Assembly (NCBI GenBank): GCA_038893835.1
Contig: JAWAQR010000024.1
Span: 1-18,135 of the forward strand
Length of the DNA: 18,135 nt
Direction: 5' to 3'
Origin: Archaeoglobaceae archaeon
Lineage (GTDB): Archaea > Halobacteriota > Archaeoglobi > Archaeoglobales > Archaeoglobaceae
Shown in pieces: positions 1 through 9,317 of this stretch. The position numbers and the translations under genes were made by a program. The notes below the pieces were generated by a model. It was not told the origin of the DNA. It saw only the letters and a list, made by a program, of their open reading frames with translations, and did not search any database. Positions within the stretch are counted from its first letter, which is position 1, and each line of letters opens with the position of its first letter.

Positions 1-105
1 GTTTTTGCCGTTTACAGGGATTACAAATGTCTGAAAGGATATAAGATAATAGGGAGTTATGAATTGAGAAAGTATTGGATTTTCTACGAGTTGAGGAAGA
101 TATGA
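1..105 (+). CDS. 3' end of an unidentified upstream protein (partial)
   Basis: Frame 1 is open from the window edge (VFAVYRDYKCLKGYKIIGSYELRKYWIFYELRKI*). Its TGA at 103-105 overlaps the ATG at 102 of the next gene (ATGA coupling). Confidence 0.65.
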   Translation, partial: VFAVYRDYKCLKGYKIIGSYELRKYWIFYELRKI

Positions 106-692
106 TTGTAAAAGTTGGTGGTAGTGTAGCTAAAAAGTTGGAAATCGTTTTTGATGCTTTGAATGAAGCTGAAAATGTCAAGATAGTTCCAGGTGGATGG
201 ATTTTTGCTGACATCGTCGAGAAACTTGAGTTAGATGACGAGATATCCCACTGGATGGCTGTGCTTTCTATGAATCTCTACGGTTATTACATGCTCAAAT
301 TTGCAAGGGGTTTTAAGCTGATCGAGCCGGAAGATTTCGAAGAATTGAGGGGAAAAGGAAGACACATAGTCCTTCCATATCGAATTCTCAAAAAATTCGA
401 TGAACTTCCCCATTCCTGGGATGTAACTTCAGATTCGATAGCGATTTGGATTGCAGGAAAAATTGGGGAAAAAAGGGTTGTAAAAGTAACGGCATTGGGA
501 GGTGTTGTCAGGAATGGAGAAGTTCTTGAGCACACAAGCGCCGATAATGCTGTAAACTCGGGAATCGTGGACAGATTTTCACAAACTTTGTTAAAAAAAT
601 ATGAGATTGAGCTCTTCATTTGCTCCCCGGAAGAACTAAAAAATTATATATTGAGAGGGAGAGCAAGGGGGACATTCGTAAGAGGTGATTAA
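102..692 (+). CDS. Amino-acid kinase superfamily protein, MfnE/MJ0458-like (possible methanofuran-pathway kinase)
   Basis: Motifs MIVKVGGS, IVPGGWIFAD, SHWMA and LPHSWDVTSDSIA. Start moved from 75 to ATG 102 because of the ATGA overlap and the family-typical N-terminal VKxGGS. It lies beside Zn finger/EF-1beta genes, a known archaeal neighbourhood. Confidence 0.8.
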   Translation: MIVKVGGSVAKKLEIVFDALNEAENVKIVPGGWIFADIVEKLELDDEISHWMAVLSMNLYGYYMLKFARGFKLIEPEDFEELRGKGRHIVLPYRILKKFDELPHSWDVTSDSIAIWIAGKIGEKRVVKVTALGGVVRNGEVLEHTSADNAVNSGIVDRFSQTLLKKYEIELFICSPEELKNYILRGRARGTFVRGD

Positions 693-851
693 ATGATAAT
701 CGCGAGATGCATAAGCTGCGGTGCTGTGTTGATGGGCACAGAATATGTTTCATTTCCATGTCCAAATTGCGGAGAGAGGATTTACAGATGCAAGAAATGC
801 AGGAGACTTTCAAACAAATACACTTGTTCCTGTGGCTTCATTGGACCGTGA
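693..851 (+). CDS. Small zinc-finger protein, DUF1610/HVO_2753-like (52 aa, absent from the ORF track)
   Basis: Hand translation: [52 protein letters not shown]. Four Cys pairs and a C-terminal CGFxGP; SD GAGGTGA at 682-688; directly upstream of EF-1beta. Confidence 0.92.
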   Translation: MIIARCISCGAVLMGTEYVSFPCPNCGERIYRCKKCRRLSNKYTCSCGFIGP

Positions 852-860
852 GGTGGTAAA

Positions 861-1127
861 ATGGGGAAGGTTTTTGTTAAGTTTAGAGTCATGCCAAGCG
901 ACATTGACGTGGACTTAAATAATATTAAGGAAAAAATTCTTGAGTTGAGGGTCGAGGATGTTGAGGTAAGAGATATCGCTGTGAAACCGATTGCATTTGG
1001 CCTTAAAGCACTCGCAGTTTTAGCAATCATGCCAGATGAGGAGGGAGTGATTGACAAATTCGCCGCTGAGATAAGCAAAATAGACGGTGTTGAAAACGTT
1101 GAAGTGGAGGATATGGAACTGCTATGA
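861..1127 (+). CDS. ef1b: Translation elongation factor aEF-1beta
   Basis: MGKVFVKFRVMP start, PIAFGLKAL signature, 88 aa; SD GAGGTGG upstream. Confidence 0.95.
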   Translation: MGKVFVKFRVMPSDIDVDLNNIKEKILELRVEDVEVRDIAVKPIAFGLKALAVLAIMPDEEGVIDKFAAEISKIDGVENVEVEDMELL

Positions 1128-1753
1128 GACTCATCAGAATTGTCGCTCCACCACTTGCAGCAAACTGTTATTTGATAATCGATGAAAAAAAGGCAATAAT
1201 AGATGTTGGTGGAGATCCGGAGTTTATAATAAGGGCGATAAAGAAATACATTGACCCAAAGGAGCTCGATTACGTTTTCCTAACCCATTCACATTACGAT
1301 CACGCAGCAGCGGCTGGCTTTTTTAAGGGAATTGCAAAGATTGCCATGCATGAGGAAGAAATGAAGTTGATGAAAATGCAGAGCTTTGCATCGATCTTTG
1401 GATTTAGATTCAAACTTTTTGAACCAGACATAATTTTGAAGGGTGGTGAAAAGTTTGAACTTGGAGAGATTTCGCTCGAAGTAATTCACACCCCCGGACA
1501 CTCGCCTGGTAGTATTTGTCTCTACGAGCCAAAGAAGAAGTGGCTCTTCAGTGGAGATACAGTATTTGCCTACGGAAACTTTGGAAGATATGACTTGCCG
1601 GGGGGTGATGCGATGAAGCTCCTTAAATCCCTAGAAATGCTTTCAAGACTTGAAATTGAGAACCTCTATCCCGGACATGAGGATGTAATTGAAGGAGGTG
1701 CGAAGAGGAGCATTCTCGAATCGCTGAAGATGGCAAAAATGTTCATATACTGA
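1124..1753 (+). CDS. Metallo-beta-lactamase fold hydrolase (glyoxalase II-like)
   Basis: Motifs THSHYDH, HTPGHSPGS, FSGD and YPGH; ATGA overlap with ef1b. Confidence 0.9.
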   Translation: MRLIRIVAPPLAANCYLIIDEKKAIIDVGGDPEFIIRAIKKYIDPKELDYVFLTHSHYDHAAAAGFFKGIAKIAMHEEEMKLMKMQSFASIFGFRFKLFEPDIILKGGEKFELGEISLEVIHTPGHSPGSICLYEPKKKWLFSGDTVFAYGNFGRYDLPGGDAMKLLKSLEMLSRLEIENLYPGHEDVIEGGAKRSILESLKMAKMFIY

Positions 1754-1765
1754 AAGCTTTATATG
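1752..1765 (+). promoter_or_regulatory. Putative BRE/TATA promoter of tuf-rps10-rnz
   Basis: GAAAGC followed by TTTATAT (1758-1764), about 42 nt before ATG 1806; SD GGTGA at 1796-1800. Confidence 0.55.
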
Positions 1766-1805
1766 CACTTCTACAAGTTGGTTGTATCAAAAATAGGTGA
1801 TAGGT

Positions 1806-3077
1806 ATGCCCAAGGAAAAGGAGCACATTAATGTTGCCTTTATAGGGCATGTGGATCACGGTAAGAGCACAGCGATTGGAAGGTTGCTATATGAGGTAGG
1901 GGAGATTCCGGAACACATAATAGAGAAATACAAAAAGGAGGCACAGGAGAAGGGTAAGGCAACTTTTGAGTTCGCTTGGGTGATGGATAGATTAAAAGAG
2001 GAAAGAGAAAGAGGTTTAACCATAGACGTTGCACACAGAAAGTTTGAGACTGATAAATACTACATAACAATCGTCGACTGTCCAGGGCACAGGGATTTCA
2101 TAAAGAACATGATCACCGGAGCATCTCAGGCAGATGCTGCAGTGTTAGTGATGGATGTTGTAGAAAAAGTCCAGCCACAGACTAAAGAGCATGTATTCCT
2201 GGCTAGAACTTTGGGTATAAATCAGCTAATAGTGCTGATAAACAAAATGGACAGAGTGAATTACGACAAGAAGGAATATGAAGCCGCAAAAGATGCTGTT
2301 TCGAAATTGCTCAAAGGAGTTGGATATAAGATCGAGGAGATACCGTTCATTCCAGCTTCTGCATATTATGGAGAGAATATAACGAAGAAGAGCGATAAGA
2401 TGCCATGGTACAATGGACCCACACTGATGGAGGCATTTAATTTGCTAAAACCACCACAGAAACTGATAGATAAACCTCTAAGAATTCCAGTGCAGGATGT
2501 TTATTCGATAAGCGGAGTTGGAACGGTTCCAGTTGGCAGAGTTGAAAGTGGAATTCTAAGGGTTGGAGATAAAGTTGTATTTGAACCTGCTGGTGTGAGT
2601 GGAGAAGTGAAGAGCATAGAAATGCACCATGAACCAATACAGGAAGCTCATCCTGGAGACAACATAGGTTTCAACGTTCGCGGTATTGCGAAGAAAGATC
2701 TCAAACGTGGTGACGTTGCAGGACACCCGAACAATCCGCCAACAGTGGTAAAGGATTTTACAGCACAAATAGTAGTTCTCCAGCATCCAACTGCGATCGC
2801 AGTTGGCTATACGCCAGTAATCCATGCACACACAGCGCAGGTAGCGTGCAAGTTTGTGCAGCTGATCAAAAAGATAGATCCGAGAACTGGGCAGGTTAAA
2901 GAGGAGAATCCACAGTTCCTGAAGACTGGAGATGCAGCCATAGTAAAGCTTGAGCCAACGAAGCCAATGGTTATAGAGAGAGTTAGAGACATTCCTCCAC
3001 TGGGCAGGTTTGCGATTAGAGACATGGGAATGACGATAGGAGCGGGAATGGTACTTGAAGTAACCCCAAGAAAGTAA
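1806..3077 (+). CDS. tuf: Translation elongation factor aEF-1alpha
   Basis: [14 protein letters not shown] and NKMD G-motifs; ERERGLTID; RFAIRDMG. Start at ATG 1806 (MPKEKEH) behind GGTGA, rather than GTG 1797. Confidence 0.98.
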   Translation: MPKEKEHINVAFIGHVDHGKSTAIGRLLYEVGEIPEHIIEKYKKEAQEKGKATFEFAWVMDRLKEERERGLTIDVAHRKFETDKYYITIVDCPGHRDFIKNMITGASQADAAVLVMDVVEKVQPQTKEHVFLARTLGINQLIVLINKMDRVNYDKKEYEAAKDAVSKLLKGVGYKIEEIPFIPASAYYGENITKKSDKMPWYNGPTLMEAFNLLKPPQKLIDKPLRIPVQDVYSISGVGTVPVGRVESGILRVGDKVVFEPAGVSGEVKSIEMHHEPIQEAHPGDNIGFNVRGIAKKDLKRGDVAGHPNNPPTVVKDFTAQIVVLQHPTAIAVGYTPVIHAHTAQVACKFVQLIKKIDPRTGQVKEENPQFLKTGDAAIVKLEPTKPMVIERVRDIPPLGRFAIRDMGMTIGAGMVLEVTPRK

Positions 3078-3100
3078 TTTTCAATTTTTTGGTGATTTTT

Positions 3101-3421
3101 ATGGCAATTAAGGGACCAAAAGCTAGAATTAAACTCTCAAGTCTTAATCCGGCAGATCTAGATAGAATTTGTAATCAGATAAAGGAAATTGTGATGAAGA
3201 CTGGAGTTGAGATGAGCGGTCCAATACCCTTGCCGACGAAGAGACTTGTAGTTCCAGTTAGAAAGGCTCCGGATGGAGAAGGTAGCAACACTTGGGATCA
3301 CTGGGAAATGAGGATACATAAGAGATTGATAGACATCGCAGCAGATGAAAGGACGCTGAGACAGATAATGCGTATACAAGTGCCAAGAGATGTCAACATC
3401 GAAATAGTCCTAGAGTCCTGA
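3101..3421 (+). CDS. rps10: 30S ribosomal protein uS10
   Basis: [16 protein letters not shown] and [12 protein letters not shown]; ATG 3101 preceded by GGTGA at 3091-3095. Confidence 0.97.
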   Translation: MAIKGPKARIKLSSLNPADLDRICNQIKEIVMKTGVEMSGPIPLPTKRLVVPVRKAPDGEGSNTWDHWEMRIHKRLIDIAADERTLRQIMRIQVPRDVNIEIVLES

Positions 3422-4320
3422 TGCTTTTTAAGATCGTTTTTCTTGGAACTGGTGGTACAGTCCCATCTCCTGACAGAAATACTTCTGCGATTTTTGTCCA
3501 ATATTCAAAATATAGATTCCTTTTCGATTGCGGTGAGGGGACGCAAAGGCAAATAATCGCAGCAAAACTCGGTTTTAGAAATTTGGATCACATATTTATA
3601 ACCCACATGCATACAGATCACTTCATAGGCATCTTTGGTCTAATCGAAACTCTCTCGCTGAATGGAAGGGAAAAGGAATTGAATTTTTATACACCAAAGC
3701 CAAATGTTCTAAAAACACTCTTTGACCTCTTTGGCTATGAAAATTTAAACTTTGAATTAAAAGTTAAAAAAGCTTCTGATGGAGATGAATTTTGCTTCCC
3801 AGGTTTTAAAATCGTTGCCTTTAAGACGGAGCATATAGTGCAAAGCGTTGGTTATGCTTTGATCGAAGATGATAAGAGAAAATTTGACAGAGAAAAAGCC
3901 CTAGCCCTCGGAATTCCACCAAGTCCTTTGTATGCTAGGCTAAAGAGAGGAGAAACGATATTCTGGAATGGAAAAATGATAACTCCAGAAATGGTTCTAG
4001 GAGAATTGAAAAAAGGGAGAAAAGTCGTTTATACAGGAGATACGAGACCATGTGAGAGAACTGTTGAAATTGCAAGAGATGCTGAGCTGCTAATCCATGA
4101 TGCTTCATTCAGTGATGAGCTTAAAGAATGGGCAGTAGAAAGCGGTCATTCAACTGCGAAGGAAGCTGCAGAAGTTGCGAAGAGGGCTAACGTGAAAAAG
4201 TTAATCCTCACACACATCAGTGCGAGATTCTCAAAAAATCCTGAAAAGCTGGTTGAGGAGGCAAAATCTGTTTTTGAAAACGTTGAACTGGCCAAAGACT
4301 TCCTTGAAGTAATTTTATAA
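3421..4320 (+). CDS. rnz: Ribonuclease Z (tRNA 3' processing)
   Basis: FLGTGG..P..RN, FDCGEGTQ, THMHTDH, flexible arm (GIPPSPLY..LKRG), YTGDTRP, GHST and LTHISAR; TGATG coupling to rps10. Confidence 0.96.
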   Translation: MLFKIVFLGTGGTVPSPDRNTSAIFVQYSKYRFLFDCGEGTQRQIIAAKLGFRNLDHIFITHMHTDHFIGIFGLIETLSLNGREKELNFYTPKPNVLKTLFDLFGYENLNFELKVKKASDGDEFCFPGFKIVAFKTEHIVQSVGYALIEDDKRKFDREKALALGIPPSPLYARLKRGETIFWNGKMITPEMVLGELKKGRKVVYTGDTRPCERTVEIARDAELLIHDASFSDELKEWAVESGHSTAKEAAEVAKRANVKKLILTHISARFSKNPEKLVEEAKSVFENVELAKDFLEVIL

Positions 4321-4365
4321 AAATAATTCTATTCACCGTCAGATGTTTTGACCGCGATTAAAAAC

Positions 4366-4418
4366 CAAAAAGCTAATATAAACTCTGTTAACCTTTAAAA
4401 GAACTCGATTTGTGAGGG
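4366..4418 (+). promoter_or_regulatory. Putative promoter and RBS of the hme/dsrOPMKJ operon
   Basis: CAAAAAG followed by TAATATAAA (4374-4382), an alternative TTTAAAA at 4394-4400, and GAGGG at 4414-4418 in the 104-bp gap. Confidence 0.45.
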
Positions 4419-4424
4419 ATCAAT

Positions 4425-5198
4425 ATGATCTCAAGAAGAAAGTTTCTAATACTTGCTGGGGCAAGTGCTGTTGCGGCGATGTTACCATTGCAGATTTCTG
4501 CAAAGACAGTCAAAAGTGAAACGAAGAGAAGATGGGCAATGGTTGTGGATATAGAAAAGTGCACTGAATGCATGAAAGAACTGATCCAGAAGACTAAGAA
4601 TCATGAAGTAAAACCGCCCTGCGTTGTTGCATGTGATAGGGAAAACAATGTACCTGAATTTGAAGAAAAAACAATTGATCCACAATGGATAAGGATAGTG
4701 AAGTTCAAAAACAGGTTTGGAGAAGAATTTTACGCTCCACTACTTTGCAATCACTGCGAAAATCCTCCATGTGCCCAGGTTTGCCTAACACAGGCAACTT
4801 TTAAGAGGGGCGATGGTATAGTGGAGGTTGACATGCATAGATGTATTGGCTGCAGGTATTGCATGATCGCATGCCCATATGGTGCAAGGAGCTACAATTT
4901 CAAAGATCCGAGAGAAGGGCTCAGGGAAATAAATCCAAAGGTTGTAATGAGGACAAAGGGAGTCGTGGAGAAATGCACTTTCTGTGTTCACAGGGTTGAC
5001 GAAGCTACTGCGATTGGTAAAAATCCGGAACCAGCTTGTGTTGAAGCTTGCAGAATCTATGGAAAGAATTCTCTAGTCTTTGGCAATGTGAACGATCCGA
5101 ATAGTGAGATATCCAAAATTTTAAAAGAGAACGTAGTCATCCAGCTCAGGGCTGAATTGGGAACAGATCCACACGTTTACTATTTGCCAAAGAGGTGA
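4425..5198 (+). CDS. dsrO: HmeA/DsrO: Tat-exported iron-sulfur subunit
   Basis: Twin-arginine SRRKFL; CNHCENPPCAQVC, CIGCRYCMIACPYGAR and EKCTFC...PACVEAC (NrfC/DmsB-type); first gene of the five-gene cluster. Confidence 0.9.
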   Translation: MISRRKFLILAGASAVAAMLPLQISAKTVKSETKRRWAMVVDIEKCTECMKELIQKTKNHEVKPPCVVACDRENNVPEFEEKTIDPQWIRIVKFKNRFGEEFYAPLLCNHCENPPCAQVCLTQATFKRGDGIVEVDMHRCIGCRYCMIACPYGARSYNFKDPREGLREINPKVVMRTKGVVEKCTFCVHRVDEATAIGKNPEPACVEACRIYGKNSLVFGNVNDPNSEISKILKENVVIQLRAELGTDPHVYYLPKR

Positions 5199-5202
5199 TT
5201 TT

Positions 5203-6387
5203 ATGGAAAAAATAGAGTTCAAAAAAATAGATGGCTCTTCTCTTGGTTATTTCGCCCTTATAGCAATATTTGCGATCTTGACGGCTTTAGGCGTAATTTC
5301 CTATATTCTGGATCACACATACCATCTCAGCGGTCTCAGCAATCGCGTCCCTTGGGGAGTAGTTAACGCCGGAATCCCATATTTCATTGGCTTAAGCGCC
5401 GGATCGCTCATAGTTTCCGCATTAGCTGGTGTTTTTAAGATAGAGAGGTTCAAAGTTTTCAGCAGAATTGCAGCATTCTTCGCCGCAGCCTACATAGTTG
5501 CTGCAATTATGAGCATCGTCTTCGACATAGGCAAGCTTTATCACTTTGCAAATGCGGTCATCTACTTTAACCCCACTTCGATCTTTTCTTGGAACGCATT
5601 CTTTTACTCCAGCTATTTCATCATTTGTGCACTTTACTTGCTAGCGCAATTCGAAGAAATGGAAAGATTATCTCGCTTCTTCGCTTGCCTTGCAGTTTTC
5701 TGGGCAGTACTCGTGCACAGCGGTACTGGGGCTATCTATAGCTTCATGTATTCCAGAGAGCTATATCACTCAGCCCTAACTCCGCCTATGTTCATAGTTT
5801 GCGCCATAACATCAGGACTTGGACTTTTAATTGCCACTCTATACTTCACATTCAAGTATACAAAACGGGAGCTAGAGATAAGACTACTCAGAGAGCTAGC
5901 TTTGATATTTGCCGGTTTGGTAGCTGTGCTGGGATATATGCTTGCAGTAGAGGGGCTTGAAAAGGGATACATACCAGCAGTTGCCCCAGCTACTAAATTC
6001 GTTTACTTAGACCCAAGCCATGGAATCTTCTGGAGCTTCTGGCTTCTCGTCGTCTTTGGAATAGTAATCCCATTCCTAATAGTAGTTTATCCCAAAACTG
6101 GATTGGATCCAAGATTCCTAAGCCTCGCCGGGATTTTACATGCTGCAATGGTAATGTCAGAACGCTTTTTCCTGATCGTACCAGGGCAAGTTTATCCATC
6201 CGAATACTTGCCTGGCTATGAAATGGAATCGCTGCACACATTAGAAGGCTATATCCTAAGCTACACTCCATCGATATTTGAATGGCTACAAGTTGTTGGA
6301 CTCCTTTCGGGAGTTTTCCTAGCCTTCATCGTCGCTGCAAAACTATTGCCAATTTTGCCTGAAAAGGCGGTGGTGGTGGAGAAATGA
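5203..6387 (+). CDS. dsrP: HmeB/DsrP: NrfD/PsrC-family integral membrane subunit
   Basis: About 10 hydrophobic segments, GLSNRVPWG, DIGK and C-terminal YTPSIFEW; follows dsrO; SD GAGGTGA. Confidence 0.9.
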   Translation: MEKIEFKKIDGSSLGYFALIAIFAILTALGVISYILDHTYHLSGLSNRVPWGVVNAGIPYFIGLSAGSLIVSALAGVFKIERFKVFSRIAAFFAAAYIVAAIMSIVFDIGKLYHFANAVIYFNPTSIFSWNAFFYSSYFIICALYLLAQFEEMERLSRFFACLAVFWAVLVHSGTGAIYSFMYSRELYHSALTPPMFIVCAITSGLGLLIATLYFTFKYTKRELEIRLLRELALIFAGLVAVLGYMLAVEGLEKGYIPAVAPATKFVYLDPSHGIFWSFWLLVVFGIVIPFLIVVYPKTGLDPRFLSLAGILHAAMVMSERFFLIVPGQVYPSEYLPGYEMESLHTLEGYILSYTPSIFEWLQVVGLLSGVFLAFIVAAKLLPILPEKAVVVEK

Positions 6388-7331
6388 TCGGAATAATTTT
6401 TGGAATAATAATCCCATACATAGCATTTGCAATCTTCGTAATCGGAGTTGTTTACAAACTCGTTTACTGGGCAAAAAGCGCTGTACCTTTAAAGATACCG
6501 ACAACCAGTGGGCAACAGAAGTCTCTGAAATTCATAAAGCGCACGATTTACGATAGATTTGATTCCCCATACACAAAATGGGAAACACTGGTAAGGATGT
6601 TGCTGGAAATCTTCGTATTCAGAAGTTTGTTAAAGAACACCAGATACTACATGGACAGGTTGTCTCAAAAGGATGCGAGATGGCTCTGGCTCTTCGCAAT
6701 CCTCTTCCACTACTGTCTATTGCTAGTTCTAATAAGGCACACAAAATTCTTCCTAGAACCTGTCCCGAGCTTTGTGGAAATGCTTTCAGAACTCGAAGCC
6801 TTCAAGGGAGTCTTTATTCCATCCCTATACATCTCAGGGATAACGATAATCGCCGCTCTATTATTCCTATGGTTTAGAAGGATATTTCTTTCAAGGGAAA
6901 GATGTATCAGCCTTCCAAGCGATCACTTTGCATTGCTTCTACTCCTTTCAATAGTGATCTCTGGCAATGTGATGAGGTACTTCATAAAGGTGGACATCTC
7001 AATGGTTAAAGGTTTGCTGCTTAGCCTGATGAGCTTCAACATTCCAAAGGCAATAGAATTCGCAAATTCAATAGAACCAATGTTTTACATCCATTTCGCT
7101 CTGGGAAGCTTTTTGCTTGCTTACTTTCCATTCAGCAAGCTCATGCATGCAGGAGGAATCTTCTTCTCCCCAACAAGGAACATGCCAAACAACAACAGAG
7201 CTGAAAGACATGTCAATCCTTGGAATCCGCCTTATAAAGGAATAACCTGGCAGGAATACTATGAAACTTATAAAGATCAGTTGGATGAGATTGCAGAAAG
7301 CGGATACAAAGTTAAGCCGGAGGTGTTGTAA
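6384..7331 (+). CDS. dsrM: HmeC/DsrM: NarI-like membrane di-heme b cytochrome
   Basis: PLKIPTTSGQQKSL; heme His pairs FHY..LIRH and IHF...FPFSKLMH; FSPTRNMPN. Confidence 0.93.
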   Translation: MIGIIFGIIIPYIAFAIFVIGVVYKLVYWAKSAVPLKIPTTSGQQKSLKFIKRTIYDRFDSPYTKWETLVRMLLEIFVFRSLLKNTRYYMDRLSQKDARWLWLFAILFHYCLLLVLIRHTKFFLEPVPSFVEMLSELEAFKGVFIPSLYISGITIIAALLFLWFRRIFLSRERCISLPSDHFALLLLLSIVISGNVMRYFIKVDISMVKGLLLSLMSFNIPKAIEFANSIEPMFYIHFALGSFLLAYFPFSKLMHAGGIFFSPTRNMPNNNRAERHVNPWNPPYKGITWQEYYETYKDQLDEIAESGYKVKPEVL

Positions 7332-8926
7332 TGGAAAAACATGTGGCTGAAAAGGTTAGGATAGAACAAAGATTTCCGAGCTGGAAAGATTTGCTGAAGC
7401 CGACAACAGAATTCAAGCATGGATACTATCATTATTCCTTCAGAACTAGCGATGCGAAGTATCTGGAAATCCCATTCGTCAGAGAATGGGATCCACTTGA
7501 CAAGGACTGGAAGCTACCACCAAATTGGAAGGAAATATTTCTGAGCAAGATGAAGGAATACTTGGAGAAGTTTAGAAGTTTCAAGCTTTTCATGGACATC
7601 TGCGTTCGCTGTGGAGCCTGTGCTGATAAATGCCATTACTACATAGGCACAGGAGATCCGAAAAATATGCCAGTAGTTAGGGCTGAGCTTATAAGATCTA
7701 TATACCGCCGCTATTTCACTCCAGCTGGCAAGCTTGGAAAAATAGCTGGAGCAAGGGATTTGACTGAAGATGTGATAAAGGAACTGTATTACTACGCCTA
7801 CCAGTGTTCGCTTTGCAGAAGGTGTAGCGTTTTTTGCCCCTATGGAATTGACACCGCTGAAATCACCTGGATTGTTAGAATGCTTTTAAAAGAAATAGGA
7901 GTTGTTCATCGCTACTCATTAATCTCCATAGCAAGCTCTGCAAGGACAGGAAATCATCTTGGCCTTTTACCTGGAGGAATTGCTGGAGCTCTGCAGAGTG
8001 TTGCTGAGGATGTATACAACTTGACTGGTATAGAAATAGAGGTTCCGATAAACAAGAAAGGGGCGGAAATTCTCTTCGTAGCCCCTTCAGCGGATTTCTT
8101 TGCAACTCCGCACTGGTATGTCTGCATGGGTTATCTAATGCTCTTCCACGAAATTGGTCTAGACTACACCTGGTCAACATATGCCAGCGAAGGTGGAAAC
8201 TTTGGGACTTTCATAAGCTACGAGCTTGCGCAGAAGTTGAATGCAAAGATTTATCAGGAAGCGGAAAGGCTTGGGGTTAAATGGATTTTGGGCGGTGAGT
8301 GCGGGCACATGTGGAGGGATAAACATCAGTACCTAGCCACAATGAACGAGCCGCCAAAAACGCTTGAAGATCCCGTCAGCCCAATAACTGGAACATATTT
8401 CGAAAATGCTGCGAGCACAAAGATGGTTCATATAGCTGAATTCGTTGCAGATTTGATTGCACATAAAAAGCTGAAGCTTGATCCAACGAGGAATGACAAG
8501 TGGATCGTAACTCTCCACGATGCCTGCAACTATGCAAGAGCAATGGGGTTGCTTGAGGAGCCGAGGTATGTGATAAAGAACGTTTGCAGATTCTTCTACG
8601 AAATGCCCGAGCATACGATAAGAGAGAAAAGCTACTGCTGTGGAAGTGGGGGAGGGTTGCTTACAGATGAAGTTATGGACCTAAGAATGCGCGGTGGAAT
8701 GCCAAGGGCTATGGCTCTCAGGGAAGTTCATAGGAAATATGGGGTGAACTTCCTCTGCACCCTTTGTGCAATAGATAAAGCAGCTTTTCCGCATTTGCTG
8801 GAATACTGGAAACTACCAGTGGCTGTTGGAGGAATGATGGAGCTCGTTGGCAACGCATTGGTGATGAAGGGTGAAAAGGAAAGAACAACCGATTTAAGGG
8901 GGGAGCCTTTGATCAGGAGGGATTGA
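7331..8926 (+). CDS. dsrK: HmeD/DsrK: HdrD-like iron-sulfur catalytic subunit
   Basis: CVRCGACADKC and CSLCRRCSVFCP [4Fe-4S] motifs, GECGH, and a C-terminal CCG domain (HDAC...YCCGSGGG...CAID). Confidence 0.94.
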   Translation: MEKHVAEKVRIEQRFPSWKDLLKPTTEFKHGYYHYSFRTSDAKYLEIPFVREWDPLDKDWKLPPNWKEIFLSKMKEYLEKFRSFKLFMDICVRCGACADKCHYYIGTGDPKNMPVVRAELIRSIYRRYFTPAGKLGKIAGARDLTEDVIKELYYYAYQCSLCRRCSVFCPYGIDTAEITWIVRMLLKEIGVVHRYSLISIASSARTGNHLGLLPGGIAGALQSVAEDVYNLTGIEIEVPINKKGAEILFVAPSADFFATPHWYVCMGYLMLFHEIGLDYTWSTYASEGGNFGTFISYELAQKLNAKIYQEAERLGVKWILGGECGHMWRDKHQYLATMNEPPKTLEDPVSPITGTYFENAASTKMVHIAEFVADLIAHKKLKLDPTRNDKWIVTLHDACNYARAMGLLEEPRYVIKNVCRFFYEMPEHTIREKSYCCGSGGGLLTDEVMDLRMRGGMPRAMALREVHRKYGVNFLCTLCAIDKAAFPHLLEYWKLPVAVGGMMELVGNALVMKGEKERTTDLRGEPLIRRD

Positions 8927-8927
8927 A

Positions 8928-9317
8928 ATGTACACGAAGAAGCTCGCAATTCCGCTGATAATAGTCTTTCTCGCTTTAGCTTTCGGACCCCTAGCATATA
9001 ACGTTGCCACGGGAAGTCTAGGATATTACCCAGAAGTGGAAAAGCCGAAAGGAGAATGCGTTGAAGATCCCGCATGGATGCGCTCGAACCATATGTTACT
9101 GCTACAGGAATGGAGAACAAAGGCGATAAGATATGGAGCAGAAGGGGGAAGGATTTATCACAGTTTCACTTATGGCAAGGAATTTCATGCCTCGACGAAC
9201 ACTTGCTGGGAATGTCATGTAGATAAGACCGTGTTCTGCGACAGATGCCATGAATACGTTGGTATAAAGCCTGAATGCTGGGATTGCCACTGGAGTCCAG
9301 GGTTGAAATCTAAATGA
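8928..9317 (+). CDS. dsrJ: HmeE/DsrJ: triheme cytochrome c
   Basis: N-terminal hydrophobic anchor; three CxxCH motifs (CWECH, CDRCH, CWDCH); DsrJ-type CV...MRxxHM segment. Confidence 0.93.
   Translation: MYTKKLAIPLIIVFLALAFGPLAYNVATGSLGYYPEVEKPKGECVEDPAWMRSNHMLLLQEWRTKAIRYGAEGGRIYHSFTYGKEFHASTNTCWECHVDKTVFCDRCHEYVGIKPECWDCHWSPGLKSK

Noticed and set aside
3421-3500. tRNA gene that often follows rps10 in archaea
   Set aside because: rnz starts at the rps10 stop, and no cloverleaf was found here or elsewhere in the window.
8750-8785. DsrK CCG motif ends in CAID rather than CxxC
   Set aside because: To my knowledge an Asp at this position is a recognised DsrK/HmeD variant, so it is not evidence of inactivation or novelty.
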